Origin: a virus
Taxonomy: Duplodnaviria; Caudoviricetes
IMG/VR virus record: IMGVR_UViG_3300037467_003067
Location: 128,001 to 192,000 of that record
Direction: 5' to 3' (one strand)
Length of the DNA stretch: 64,000 nucleotides
The notes below the pieces were generated by a model, which was not told where the DNA came from, made no database searches, and saw only the letters and a list, made by a program, of their open reading frames with translations. Below are positions 39,657 to 49,447 of the stretch, in pieces. Numbering within the stretch: the first letter of the stretch is position 1; each line of letters begins with the position of its first letter. The translations under genes and the position numbers were made by a program.

Positions 39657-40898
39657 TCATTGTGATTCCTTATGTTTTATTTTATATCTCAAACATTTGA
39701 TGGGTTTCAGGAATGGCGAGACGCCATCGATAAAGTCTTGGTAACTTTGAGTTGGGATACGGATGCACCAATTGTCGTTTTTTCTACGATTTAGGGAAGA
39801 TTTTATCGAGAAATTCTCTAACATTTCTTGTAATTTTTCATTATCATCTTTTGTAAAGCTTTGAGAAAATAAATAAATTGCTTTATTTTGACGAGAATTA
39901 CAACCGTCATCGGCATACCAATAAGCGATAGTTTGCCAAGTTAGAGTCAAATCATCGGGGATGATTTTCTGAGAATTGATCTCATTAGGGAACAGATACC
40001 ATTTTTCTCTTAGCTCGGTGAAAAGAGGATGTGTAGATGTTCTAAACATCCAGCTAGGAAATTCCTTTCCATTCATCACTTTAGTGGTTCTTCTCATTCC
40101 GGTGGAAAACGGAGATAGGATTTCATAAGCCAATTCTACATACTCTTTATTTATTTCTTTTTGTCCAAAAGAAAAGCGGTTATTTCTGACATTATCTGAA
40201 TCTTTATTTTTGCAAGGAATTGAACCATCTCCTAGCATAAATCCATTTAGAACTTCTTTTTGGTCTTGAGTTAAAGATGCTGGTAGATGTCCATACAAAG
40301 CGAAATCAGTAGGGCATTTTCTTTCATAATCTATTTCAAATCTTTCGATTGCGTTTAAGACAGCGGTTTTAGAAACGCCGAGTTGATCCGCTATCTCTTG
40401 TTGATTGAAATTAGTTGCCAAGGACGATATCAACTCAGGGGACTGAATCGTATATTGATACTTTGGTATTGGTTGGATTTCAATATTCCAATCCTTGATC
40501 AATCTTTCTATTCTTGCCTTAGAGACATTGTATTGTAAAGCAATTTCCTGAATTGAAAAATCATTCCTTAGCTTTTCAAGGGTTTCCCTGTCGATAAAAG
40601 AATGCTTGCACTCATATTCTGTGAGGTCATAAGAGACCATCAATTTCTGAATTGTTTTTAAGGCAAAACCAAAATGAGACGCACATTCTGTGTAGGTGTG
40701 GTCAAACAAGAACGATTTTAATTCTTCCCGACTTGGTTTTTCTTTTGTAGAATTTCCATAGTATTCTCGTTTGGTTAATCCATATTTTTGAATTAGTTTT
40801 TCGACCCAATTTGCCGATTTTCCGTAGTGCTGAGCGATTTGCTTGATTGTGTGCTTAGATCGAAGTTCGGCAAGTTCTTCTTTTGTAGGTGTATTCAT
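39657..40898 (-). mobile_element. Free-standing LAGLIDADG homing endonuclease with N-terminal HTH repeats
   Basis: GFMLGDG and IAYWYADDG intact; four HTH-like repeats; AT-rich; own TTGACT-N17-TAAAAT promoter at 40909-40937. Confidence 0.85.
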
Positions 40899-40952
40899 AG
40901 TGATGGTTATTTTACCACTTAAAAATTACCAAGTCAATCCTATCTTTTGAAT

Positions 40953-40960
40953 TATAAATA
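40953..40960 (+). promoter_or_regulatory. T4-type late promoter TATAAATA
   Basis: Exact T4 late consensus 5 nt before the ATG of the neck gene. Confidence 0.7.
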
Positions 40961-40965
40961 CTTCC

Positions 40966-41499
40966 ATGATAACCAACCCAGATGGAACGCCATATCAAGT
41001 CACCGGAAGTCTGCAAGTCTTTAGTCCTAATCAAGAGGAAAAAGAGTTGCTCAACGAATTCGATGCCGAGATCATCAAGATCAACGGTACTCCGATTCTG
41101 TACTACGAATATCTTGCCGATGCCAATACCATCGACCCGCTCTATTGGGAAGCCAGGGGAGCCATCTTCTCTCAGGTCCCCGTAGTCCTCTACGCGGCTT
41201 ACGACCCGATTACTTCGCAGAATTACCAGAACATGTTCGGTATCGACGCACCGGACAACATCACCTTCGAGTTGAACTACCAGGCGACGGTCGAGGCGAT
41301 TGGTCACATGCCGCAGGTGGGATCGCGGTTGTTCACCCCGCACCGGGGCGAGAATTGGGAGATTATCCAGAGGAGTGCTGGCGACTGGAAGTTGTGGGGG
41401 CAGATCCGCATGATCCTGGAGTGTGTTCGATTCCAGGAGAGCAAGACCAGGGGCGAGGGGAAGATCACGCAAACGCCCAATCCCTACAAGGTGAATTAA
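40966..41499 (+). CDS. Neck/head-closure protein, T4 gp14-like
   Basis: EIIKING..I.Y, DPLYWE, MFGID..D.I.F, P.VGS...P, WEI. Confidence 0.65.
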   Translation: MITNPDGTPYQVTGSLQVFSPNQEEKELLNEFDAEIIKINGTPILYYEYLADANTIDPLYWEARGAIFSQVPVVLYAAYDPITSQNYQNMFGIDAPDNITFELNYQATVEAIGHMPQVGSRLFTPHRGENWEIIQRSAGDWKLWGQIRMILECVRFQESKTRGEGKITQTPNPYKVN

Positions 41500-41672
41500 C
41501 TCCGGTAGACGAATTCGATGGGGTTGCCTTGCGGCTCGACCTTAGTGATGAGCTTCAGGGGGACGTGAGGCTTGGGGAATTTGGTCACGATGAGGACCGG
41601 GGGTTTCTGTCCGGTCCAGAACTGCATGTAGCCGCCTGGATTGGCGTTCTTGTTGAGCTTGAATGGTTTCAT
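41496..41672 (-). CDS. Small hypothetical protein
   Basis: Start overlaps the stop of the upstream gene. Confidence 0.5.
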   Translation of the reverse strand: MKPFKLNKNANPGGYMQFWTGQKPPVLIVTKFPKPHVPLKLITKVEPQGNPIEFVYRS

Positions 41673-42577
41673 AGTAATTGACCGTGCTTTCTGAAGACCC
41701 AATCGGCGAATGGGAATTTCTTGTTCCGGTAATAAGGATGCATCAACTGGAGGTCTTGATCTTTTTGGTGATTGTTGGAAGCCCCGATTTCCTTATCCAT
41801 GCTCCCGTGGAATCGGTCTCGGGCGAGTTGCTTGATCCGTTGGATGGGATCTTGGGGAGGCTCGGGTTGTTGTCGCTGTACTTGTGCGGGTTGCTGTGGT
41901 TGTTGCTGAGCCTGATGTTGCGGCTGAGGCGATATAGTTGGTCGCTGTCCTGCCATCCGATCTAATTCTGCCAGGGTGAGGTCGTAGGATTTCTTGTTTG
42001 AATAGACGTATATGTAAAGTTCAAGTTGTTCGGCTTCCTCTTCGTCCTGAATATGGTTAGCGATTTCGCTCATGCCCTGGCTAATGGCATAGATGTCATT
42101 TTGGTTAAGGGTCCAAGTTTCTATGTTATGGTCATCGACTCGCTTCCAGCCCCAATGCTCCATAGCGTATTCTCTAGGATCACCTTGACCGTTGGCGATT
42201 TGGAATTCCTCGTCGCTGATTTTTGCCCTGGAGAGTGCTTCGTGCAGGAACGAGTCATAGTCTTCATCTTCCCAAGCAAAATCCAGTTCTTCCACTTCTT
42301 TCTGATTACCTTGCTCTTCGGCTTCTTGGCGTTTTTCTTCGTAGATTCCTTCGGCGGCTGATTTCTTGACCTCATCCCAATCAACATAATCATCGACCTG
42401 AACATCTAATCTATCGGCGATCATCCTCTGCATATGATCAATCACATAACCTTCGTGGTTCATGTCGCCAATGTCTCCATCGGCATACAAGGTGCCGCCA
42501 TCTTCTGTGATCCAGTATTCGCCGTTGATTTCCGGAGCATCGTCCCAATTCTCAAGCCAAGCCACGAATGTTTTCAT
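41669..42577 (-). CDS. Acidic putative internal head protein (MKTFVAWLE)
   Basis: Targeting-like N-terminus; D/E-rich body; Gln/Pro linker. Confidence 0.7.
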   Translation of the reverse strand: MKTFVAWLENWDDAPEINGEYWITEDGGTLYADGDIGDMNHEGYVIDHMQRMIADRLDVQVDDYVDWDEVKKSAAEGIYEEKRQEAEEQGNQKEVEELDFAWEDEDYDSFLHEALSRAKISDEEFQIANGQGDPREYAMEHWGWKRVDDHNIETWTLNQNDIYAISQGMSEIANHIQDEEEAEQLELYIYVYSNKKSYDLTLAELDRMAGQRPTISPQPQHQAQQQPQQPAQVQRQQPEPPQDPIQRIKQLARDRFHGSMDKEIGASNNHQKDQDLQLMHPYYRNKKFPFADWVFRKHGQLL

Positions 42578-42582
42578 AGAAT

Positions 42583-43395
42583 CTATTTACACTTCAGCTT
42601 ATAACCTTTGATTTTCTTAGGCTCTTTGATTTTACTTGCCAATGTCTTTGATATATACTGATCCACACCTTGTTCGCCATCCTTATCGTTGATTTTGCTC
42701 ATCGTTTTGTATTTATTGTCGAATTTATGACCAAGATGGTCTGTGTAATGACGGGTGCAGAGTAGGCTTCCATGCTTGCCAAGTTGCTCGTCTCGCATCT
42801 GTCTGGTCGCGATCTCTTCTGGGGTCATGTGTTCGACCTTGTAATCGACTTCCTTGGGGAGGAAGAGGAGTTGGGCGTAGGGTTGGTTGGGCTTGAAGAC
42901 GTGGCATTGACCGGGCAAAGGTGCCTTGAATGCGATGAAGAAGATTCTGGACCACCATTCTGATTCGATATGACCGGCGACGGGGATGGGTACGGTTCCG
43001 GTTCGGTCGGTATAGAAGCTAGGGTGTGGCTCGATGCGGGTGACGATTCCCGGAGTGGTCTTGAGGTCGAGGGACGAGGTGAATCCGTAGTGATGCGGTG
43101 CGAATGACATGAACGGCGGCATTTTGATGCCGGTGATTTGTTCTTCGGCGGAGAAATCGCCTTCGAAGGTGGTGATATCGTTGTGGTCGGTACGGACGAC
43201 GCATTCATTCTTGAAGGGGTAAATGAGTTCGAGACCGTAGGTAGAGGCATCGACGAATGGTTTACAGTGCCACGGTTGTGGTTTTGAGTTATTGGAGTAT
43301 CCTTTTTCTCCTGCCCATCCTGGGATTTGGAGTTTGATTCGTTGGGGTGGCGTCCCCTTGAACCAGGTGCGGAATTTAATCTCGATCAATTCCAT
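42583..43395 (-). CDS. DUF6065-like / dUTPase-fold protein
   Basis: WHCKPFVDASTYGLELIYP, GHIESEWW, PYAQL. Confidence 0.5.
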   Translation of the reverse strand: MELIEIKFRTWFKGTPPQRIKLQIPGWAGEKGYSNNSKPQPWHCKPFVDASTYGLELIYPFKNECVVRTDHNDITTFEGDFSAEEQITGIKMPPFMSFAPHHYGFTSSLDLKTTPGIVTRIEPHPSFYTDRTGTVPIPVAGHIESEWWSRIFFIAFKAPLPGQCHVFKPNQPYAQLLFLPKEVDYKVEHMTPEEIATRQMRDEQLGKHGSLLCTRHYTDHLGHKFDNKYKTMSKINDKDGEQGVDQYISKTLASKIKEPKKIKGYKLKCK

Positions 43396-43447
43396 AGAAT
43401 TTCTCTATTAAGGTTATATCTATAAGTAATGGAGTCATAAAATTTAA

Positions 43448-44404
43448 ATGAGTCAAAACAACTTAGATCCTTGTTCAGTACCTCAACAACATCTTTATAT
43501 TGAAGACCCGGCACCTGCTAATTGCCCTGAATCGTGCGCCGATCCTAGTTTGCGTACGGTCCAGGGTTTTGATTTAGGTTGGGACAGTGGTGAGTGTGAT
43601 GTTCGGGATGGTGCTGCGGCGTTATGCGATCCGATGCAGACGGGTCATATTATCAATGACTTGGAGAATCCGAGGCATGATGTCATTTACCGGTATTCGA
43701 AGGGACTTCGCGGCTGCGACACGGCGATGCAGGATTTATTCCGAGACATTGTGGTGTTGGACAATGATGGGAAGGCGCATCGTGTGCCGATCATCATAGC
43801 GACACAGGAGCGAGCGGTCGCGGCGATTTTGCAGGAGAATGTCCATCAGGACAGTACGGTTGTGGATCGCATTAAGTTACCATTGATGTCGATATATGCG
43901 AATGGTTATAATTACAATCAAAGTAGGTACATATATCATCGGGCATTAGAATATATACGAGAAGTACGACCGCAGGGGACTCCTGGTTGGTTAGCGGATC
44001 AAGGGAAGGTTCCGACTGATGTTTACGGTGTTGCTCGGGGCATCCCGATAGATATTAGTTATACGCTTTATGTATGGACGATGTTTGTTGAGGACATGAA
44101 TCAAATCCTGGAGCAGGTGCTAACAAAATTTTCCCCCATTGCATATATACGAATACGCGGTGTCCAGTGGGAAACCAGGGTCAAACTAGACTCAATTGCT
44201 TCTAACATTGATGTTGAACCTGGGGACAAGAATAAAAGAGTGGTCAAGTTCGAATTCGGAATGACTGCTGAGACATTTATTCCTCAACCCATTGTTCGCA
44301 AGAAGGCGGTGCTCCGGACTAGGACTGAAATCTTAGACGGGCTAAGTGTAGAGGATACGACGAGGGTAATCGCCCGCATAGAGGAATCAGTTAAGGAAGA
44401 GTAA
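43448..44404 (+). CDS. Tail terminator / sheath stabiliser, T4 gp15-like
   Basis: VPII...ER, LPLMS, P.DISYTL, DMNQILEQ...F.P; located before the sheath gene. Confidence 0.78.
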   Translation: MSQNNLDPCSVPQQHLYIEDPAPANCPESCADPSLRTVQGFDLGWDSGECDVRDGAAALCDPMQTGHIINDLENPRHDVIYRYSKGLRGCDTAMQDLFRDIVVLDNDGKAHRVPIIIATQERAVAAILQENVHQDSTVVDRIKLPLMSIYANGYNYNQSRYIYHRALEYIREVRPQGTPGWLADQGKVPTDVYGVARGIPIDISYTLYVWTMFVEDMNQILEQVLTKFSPIAYIRIRGVQWETRVKLDSIASNIDVEPGDKNKRVVKFEFGMTAETFIPQPIVRKKAVLRTRTEILDGLSVEDTTRVIARIEESVKEE

Positions 44405-44643
44405 TGTATAAGATTACGAATAAGATAAAGAGTCCGGTGCAGGTACTTGTCAGGTCATATACAGAGGTGCCTGGCAGTGGAACTCGTGCCTTTACAACGT
44501 TGAACATTCCTGGTGTTGGGGCAGGCAATAATGTGTATATGCTTGAGGATGAACGTCATCTTCCCGAATATACAGAGAGGCTTAAGAAAGCCAAAATGAT
44601 TGATGTCCAGCACGTACCAAATAAAATTCGAAAGGAAAGCTAA
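44404..44643 (+). CDS. Small tail-associated protein
   Basis: Coupled between the gp15-like and sheath genes. Confidence 0.7.
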   Translation: MYKITNKIKSPVQVLVRSYTEVPGSGTRAFTTLNIPGVGAGNNVYMLEDERHLPEYTERLKKAKMIDVQHVPNKIRKES

Positions 44644-44646
44644 GCA

Positions 44647-47022
44647 ATGGCGATATTAACAGGATTTCCGCCTTCGAACACGATCAGCCCTAGCGTGCGG
44701 ATTGCGGAAACAGACCTTACATTTGTCGCCCCGGAACAATCGTTTCACCGGGCGGGGCTGGTAGGTTTTGCTAGCAAAGGACCCATCAATATTCCCACCA
44801 AGGTCACGACCATTCGGGAGTTGACTCAGAAGTTTGGATATCCGCATCCTGATAGCGGTGATCCTTACATGTTGTATGCAGGTCGATCATATTTGTTGGT
44901 GGCTTCGGAGCTTTACGTAGTCCGAGTAGCCCAGACCGAGAACGTGAATTACGAGCAGGCTTCGACGGCATCCGTGGATGTTCCTGCGGCTGGAGGGCAG
45001 ATCGAGATCATCTCGAACGTCGCCGGACCTTATGTGTTCGATGTAGACAGTTTCTTCCGTTTCCGCCTGAACGGCGTTCTTTCGGTCAAGACTTTGGTCG
45101 TATTGTCGGGCAGTTACACGGCACAGGCTTTGACTGATAGTTTGAATGAGCAGCTTGACCCGCAGGTTGACGGGATTGAGTTCTTTGTCAGCACGTCGTC
45201 TCCCAGCACCTTCATCGGCGTGAGGACGACCTTTGCTTTCGGACCTTCGAGTTCTTTGGAATTGGTCTCGGTTCAGGATAGCATCTACGGTGGCGCTCCG
45301 GTGAGCATGTCTGGTACGAACATCACTGGTTTGGGTCAGAGCATGACTCAGGCTGTTTTGATCGGGACCGCCGATCGTTATCCGTTCGCCTATAACACTG
45401 CTGGATTCTATGATTTCACCGACATTGATACCGGTGCTAATCTCTTGATCGTGGTTGACGGGACCGACAACGTTCTCGTGGACAACATCGTCCAGACGGT
45501 TGACCTTGATTCTTTGGTTGGTTCGATCCATGCGGCGGCTGATGTGGTTGATGCGATCAACGACCAGAAGATAGAGAATGGCGGCACGTTGCCTGGCGGC
45601 TGGGAAGCTTATTTGGTTGGTTCGAACGTCGCCCTCAAGACCTTGACTTATGGTCAGGACGCTCGCCTTCGCGTGAAGGGTGACAGCACGGTTGCCGACG
45701 TATTCGGTTTCCCTGATTTCACCTACACGGGGTCTTCGCCGACGGGTACGAGCGGTGGTTCGACCTATGCTTACGGCATTGTTAATGGCGACACAAACGC
45801 ATCGAACACCACGACTTTCACGCTCACGGCGGATTCTCCGGGGCAAGACGGCAATGCGACCGACGTGGTGATCCACAACGACATCAGGACCGGCACCTTC
45901 GAGATTGACATCTACAACAATGGTGTTCAGGTTGAGTCGTGGGGCGGCTTGGTCAAGGACCAGAGCAGCAGTTACTACGTCGCTACCTATCTGTCGCAGG
46001 TTTCCGAGTGGATTCGTATTCAGGATGTGACTTCCGTCCCGGCACCTCCGAAGGATGGCACGTACAACCTGCTGGGCGGTTCGGACGGTATTCCTTCCGA
46101 CCCGGATGTCCAGGACAGCCTCTTGGTTGGCAATGCGATCGGCTACACGGGGCTTTACTCCTTGTCGGAGCCTGAACAGATTGATATCGACTTGATTGCG
46201 ATTCCTGGTCATTCTTCGACGACGGTTGTCTTGGGCTTGCTTGATTTCTGCCAGAATGTCCGCAAGGACTGTATGGCGATTATCGACCCGCCATTTGGCT
46301 TGACGGTCAGTGAGATTGTGGCTTGGCAGAATGGTAGCCACCCGCTGAACTCGACCCGATTTGATTCGGACTTCGCGGCGTTGTACTGGCCGTGGGTGAA
46401 GATCCGCGACACGTTCAATCAGCTTGACATTTGGGCTCCGCCGAGCGGAAGCGTGATGGCGACCTATGCGTATTCGGATCGCATCTCGGCTCCTTGGTTC
46501 GCTCCTGCGGGCATGACTCGTGGTATCGTGCCGGGCATCACCGACGTTTTCAGCCGACCGACCTTGGAAGAACGCGATTTGATGTATGGCAATGCCAATG
46601 CGATCAATCCTATCGTCCAGTTTGTGGATGTTGATGGCTTCTTGATCTGGGGGCAGAAGACGCTTCAGCGTCGTCCGACCGCCCTGAACCGCGTCAATGT
46701 TCGCCGAATGTTGTTCGTCGCCGAGAAGCAGATTCGGGCGGCAGCACGAACGCTGCTTTTCGAGCCACACGATGATGAGCTACAGCAGAAATTTGTTCGA
46801 ATTGCGACCGGCATCTTGAACAACATGAAGGTGGGGCGTGGCATAACCGACTTCATGGTGATTTGTGATTCTACACTGAATACACCGGCTGTCATTCAGA
46901 GAAACGAACTCCGCGCTCAGATCGGTATCAAGCCGATGTACGCGGTTGAGTTCATCTTCATCGAATTTGCCCTCTTCCCGCTCGATAGTTTCACCGAATC
47001 TGGCACCGGACAAGTATTCTAA
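44647..47022 (+). CDS. Contractile tail sheath protein (gp18-like)
   Basis: SPSVRIAETDL, KGPIN, WFAPAG..RG, INPI, WGQKTL, RVNVRR. Confidence 0.96.
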   Translation: MAILTGFPPSNTISPSVRIAETDLTFVAPEQSFHRAGLVGFASKGPINIPTKVTTIRELTQKFGYPHPDSGDPYMLYAGRSYLLVASELYVVRVAQTENVNYEQASTASVDVPAAGGQIEIISNVAGPYVFDVDSFFRFRLNGVLSVKTLVVLSGSYTAQALTDSLNEQLDPQVDGIEFFVSTSSPSTFIGVRTTFAFGPSSSLELVSVQDSIYGGAPVSMSGTNITGLGQSMTQAVLIGTADRYPFAYNTAGFYDFTDIDTGANLLIVVDGTDNVLVDNIVQTVDLDSLVGSIHAAADVVDAINDQKIENGGTLPGGWEAYLVGSNVALKTLTYGQDARLRVKGDSTVADVFGFPDFTYTGSSPTGTSGGSTYAYGIVNGDTNASNTTTFTLTADSPGQDGNATDVVIHNDIRTGTFEIDIYNNGVQVESWGGLVKDQSSSYYVATYLSQVSEWIRIQDVTSVPAPPKDGTYNLLGGSDGIPSDPDVQDSLLVGNAIGYTGLYSLSEPEQIDIDLIAIPGHSSTTVVLGLLDFCQNVRKDCMAIIDPPFGLTVSEIVAWQNGSHPLNSTRFDSDFAALYWPWVKIRDTFNQLDIWAPPSGSVMATYAYSDRISAPWFAPAGMTRGIVPGITDVFSRPTLEERDLMYGNANAINPIVQFVDVDGFLIWGQKTLQRRPTALNRVNVRRMLFVAEKQIRAAARTLLFEPHDDELQQKFVRIATGILNNMKVGRGITDFMVICDSTLNTPAVIQRNELRAQIGIKPMYAVEFIFIEFALFPLDSFTESGTGQVF

Positions 47023-47030
47023 CATGCGAA

Positions 47031-47061
47031 ATTACCGGGGAGTATCCTACTCCCCGGTAAT
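47031..47061 (+). terminator. Hairpin between sheath and tube genes
   Basis: ATTACCGGGGAGTA-TCC-TACTCCCCGGTAAT. Confidence 0.65.
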
Positions 47062-47096
47062 GCCCTTTGAATGACCTCACGATTAAGGAGACGAAT

Positions 47097-47687
47097 ATGG
47101 CACAGCCTATGGGTTTAGGACTACTTGGAGATCCAAATATCATCTTCAAGACTAAGTTCCGTTGGACCTTCGAAGTCGAAAATATTTGTGGGCTCGGAGC
47201 GGATATTCCGTCGAGCTTCGTTAAGGTAGCGGCGCGTCCGAACCTAGACATTGAAGAAATCCAAATTGATTATTTGAACGCCAGGACGTGGATTCCTGGC
47301 AAGGGTTCTTGGAATGAGATCCAAGTTACTTATTATGATGTTTCATTGGCTTCTGGAGTTGCGGTTCCAGCGGGAGCCGACCCGCTCTTGCTCTTCACCT
47401 GGATTCGATCGGTCTACGATTACGGCGACCCGATCCAGTTGAACAATGGTGCTCGTCGCAGTGCCTATGCGGCAACCGGAGTCTTGACCCTTTATGATGG
47501 TTGCGGATCTCCGTTGGAACAGTGGATTCTTCAGCACATGTGGCCCAAGACAATTGACTTCGGCGACTTGGACATGGGAAGCACGGAGACCTGCGATGTT
47601 TCGCTGACTCTTCGTTATTCCGACGTTCAGTTCACGAATCTTTGCGGTCGCCAGCCTCAGCCTCCTTGCTGCAAGCCTTGTAGTTAA
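47097..47687 (+). CDS. Tail tube protein 1 (gp19-like)
   Basis: KFRW, AARPN, PGKGSW..I..T.YD, WP..IDFGDLD, LTLRY. Confidence 0.88.
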   Translation: MAQPMGLGLLGDPNIIFKTKFRWTFEVENICGLGADIPSSFVKVAARPNLDIEEIQIDYLNARTWIPGKGSWNEIQVTYYDVSLASGVAVPAGADPLLLFTWIRSVYDYGDPIQLNNGARRSAYAATGVLTLYDGCGSPLEQWILQHMWPKTIDFGDLDMGSTETCDVSLTLRYSDVQFTNLCGRQPQPPCCKPCS

Positions 47688-47695
47688 GGTTACTC

Positions 47696-47734
47696 ATATA
47701 CTGGTAGGGTATACACCCTACCAGTATATTTTTT
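47696..47734 (+). terminator. Hairpin plus T-run between the two tube genes
   Basis: ATATACTGGTAGGGT-ATAC-ACCCTACCAGTATATTTTTT. Confidence 0.7.
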
Positions 47735-47743
47735 GGAGGTATT

Positions 47744-48256
47744 ATGGCACGCACAATGGGACTTGGAGGCGGCTTACAGGGAGACGCCTGTCTCAAGCAA
47801 AGACATCGATGGCTAATGTTTATCCCCAACGTATCATCGGAAGGGACCAATGTTCTCCCGCCCCAGAAGGCTGCACGTCCTAACATCGCGTTCAAGGAAA
47901 TGTCAGTCGAGCACCTCACGGAGACCCTCTGGTTTCCCAGCAAGCCCGAATACAAGCCGATTCAGATCACTCTCTACGATATCAAGGTAGGCAGCTTCAG
48001 CACTCATCCAGTCTTGGATTGGTTTAAGAAGTGTTATGACGCGAGAAGTGGTCAATGGACACTTCCGGGTCAAGGGTTGATGGAGAATGTCCGACTGGAA
48101 TTGTATGATGGATGTGGGACAACGATCGAGGCGTGGGTATTCGAAAATGCATGGCCGCAACAGATCGACTTTGGGGATTTAGATATGGGAAGTAGCGAGT
48201 TAATCACATGCGATATAACTTTGCGATATGCTCGCAGCTATCTCTCAAGTGATTAA
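47744..48256 (+). CDS. Tail tube protein 2 (paralogue)
   Basis: Shares AARPN, LYDGCG, WP..IDFGDLDMGS, CD..LRY with tube 1. Confidence 0.85.
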   Translation: MARTMGLGGGLQGDACLKQRHRWLMFIPNVSSEGTNVLPPQKAARPNIAFKEMSVEHLTETLWFPSKPEYKPIQITLYDIKVGSFSTHPVLDWFKKCYDARSGQWTLPGQGLMENVRLELYDGCGTTIEAWVFENAWPQQIDFGDLDMGSSELITCDITLRYARSYLSSD

Positions 48257-48270
48257 CTCACTTCGGAGGA

Positions 48271-48522
48271 TCAGTCGTTTTCTTCGACATCGTCGCTGAG
48301 ATCGTTCCTCAGGATTTCCCTGCATTCCTGCAAGGCGTCTTCCAATTGTTTGGTCTTCCAGGAGAGGACTCGGCAAGCGCCGCTTTTGTTGAGCCTTCCC
48401 TTCTTCGTGTACACCTTGTTCTCGTTCGTCAGCAGCGCCTCAACCAAAGGACCGTAACCCTTCGCTGTCAGCTTCTCGATGAGTTCTTGACGTTCGATGA
48501 TTTCAATAAGATTATTAGCCAT
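48271..48522 (-). CDS. Hypothetical protein
   Basis: TTGACA-N17-TAGAAT promoter at 48531-48559 directly upstream. Confidence 0.7.
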   Translation of the reverse strand: MANNLIEIIERQELIEKLTAKGYGPLVEALLTNENKVYTKKGRLNKSGACRVLSWKTKQLEDALQECREILRNDLSDDVEEND

Positions 48523-48572
48523 ATGTGTATATTCTATCACAAATTAAATTAAATGTCAAATAAATTTAAAAT

Positions 48573-49127
48573 TTATTTATAATCATACTCAGAGTTGAGG
48601 TTTCTAATTTTAGTGAAGTTCTTGGTTTTAAGGCTATTTGTAATAGACTGGTTAACTTGTGAGTAAAGAAAATCCTGATATTTCTTTTTCAATTCATTGT
48701 AATTACGCGCAGTTCGATATTGTTGCCTTAAGTGATTTAAAGTAACAGTGGTCATGTAATTAAATGCTTTGCCCATTTCAGGATTGAACTGGTCCAGTTT
48801 GGCAAAACAAATCATAACCCCTTCTTGAATAGCATCATCTAAATCAATATGATTGAATTTCTTATATCTCGCTAGGTTATCGGCTAATGTAAGAAAGGCA
48901 ATCGCCAACAGGCTTTGTAATTCTTCGTATTCTACGACTATGTTTTTATAGTTTTCTTGGTATTCTTCGAGTAGACCATCTTCCAGAACGAATCCTTCCA
49001 CGGATTCGTCAAGGGGATTTTCAAGCACACCAATCATCAACTCGTGCTTGACTTTTTCTTTCTTACACTTCTGGAATCGTACTATGACTTTTTCCAGATA
49101 CTTGTTGTTAAGATACTCGTTGCTCAT
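48573..49127 (-). CDS. Late-transcription sigma factor, T4 gp55-like
   Basis: YLNNKYL, DDAIQEG...FNPE..KAFNYMT; no region 4. Confidence 0.78.
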   Translation of the reverse strand: MSNEYLNNKYLEKVIVRFQKCKKEKVKHELMIGVLENPLDESVEGFVLEDGLLEEYQENYKNIVVEYEELQSLLAIAFLTLADNLARYKKFNHIDLDDAIQEGVMICFAKLDQFNPEMGKAFNYMTTVTLNHLRQQYRTARNYNELKKKYQDFLYSQVNQSITNSLKTKNFTKIRNLNSEYDYK

Positions 49128-49234
49128 AATGGTTTAAACACTTGCCGAAAAATGGGTTCATTATCTATGCCTTTCTTCCTAAAAATCAAAATTAGGACTT
49201 TCTTTCATTCATTCGGATACTAAACTAAATTAGT

Positions 49235-49447
49235 ATGTCTATATCTAATATAATTTGGGGTCTACTAGACAGCCCCGCCGCTCCCGGTCCGTATAGGGAA
49301 CTACATAGGTTTTACAAGAAGCAACGTATGCCTCATGAGGCTTCCGCAATAGCTCACTTGATCAAGGTGAAATTCGGCGAAAATGTTGACGATACAAGTT
49401 CTGGTGGATCAGGCGACTCAGTCAGAAACCCTCAAGCAATGCCTTGA
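49235..49447 (+). CDS. Small hypothetical protein
   Basis: ORF overlapping the start of the next gene. Confidence 0.45.
   Translation: MSISNIIWGLLDSPAAPGPYRELHRFYKKQRMPHEASAIAHLIKVKFGENVDDTSSGGSGDSVRNPQAMP

Noticed and set aside
39657-40898. Group I intron or intein hosting the endonuclease
   Set aside because: The flanking genes are complete and on the opposite strand, and no splice-junction motifs were seen.
44887-46770. 627-aa minus-strand ORF, and similar long antisense ORFs at 25999-27171, 17591-18418 and 11183-11950
   Set aside because: They are shadows of real genes on the opposite strand, with no motifs or RBS.
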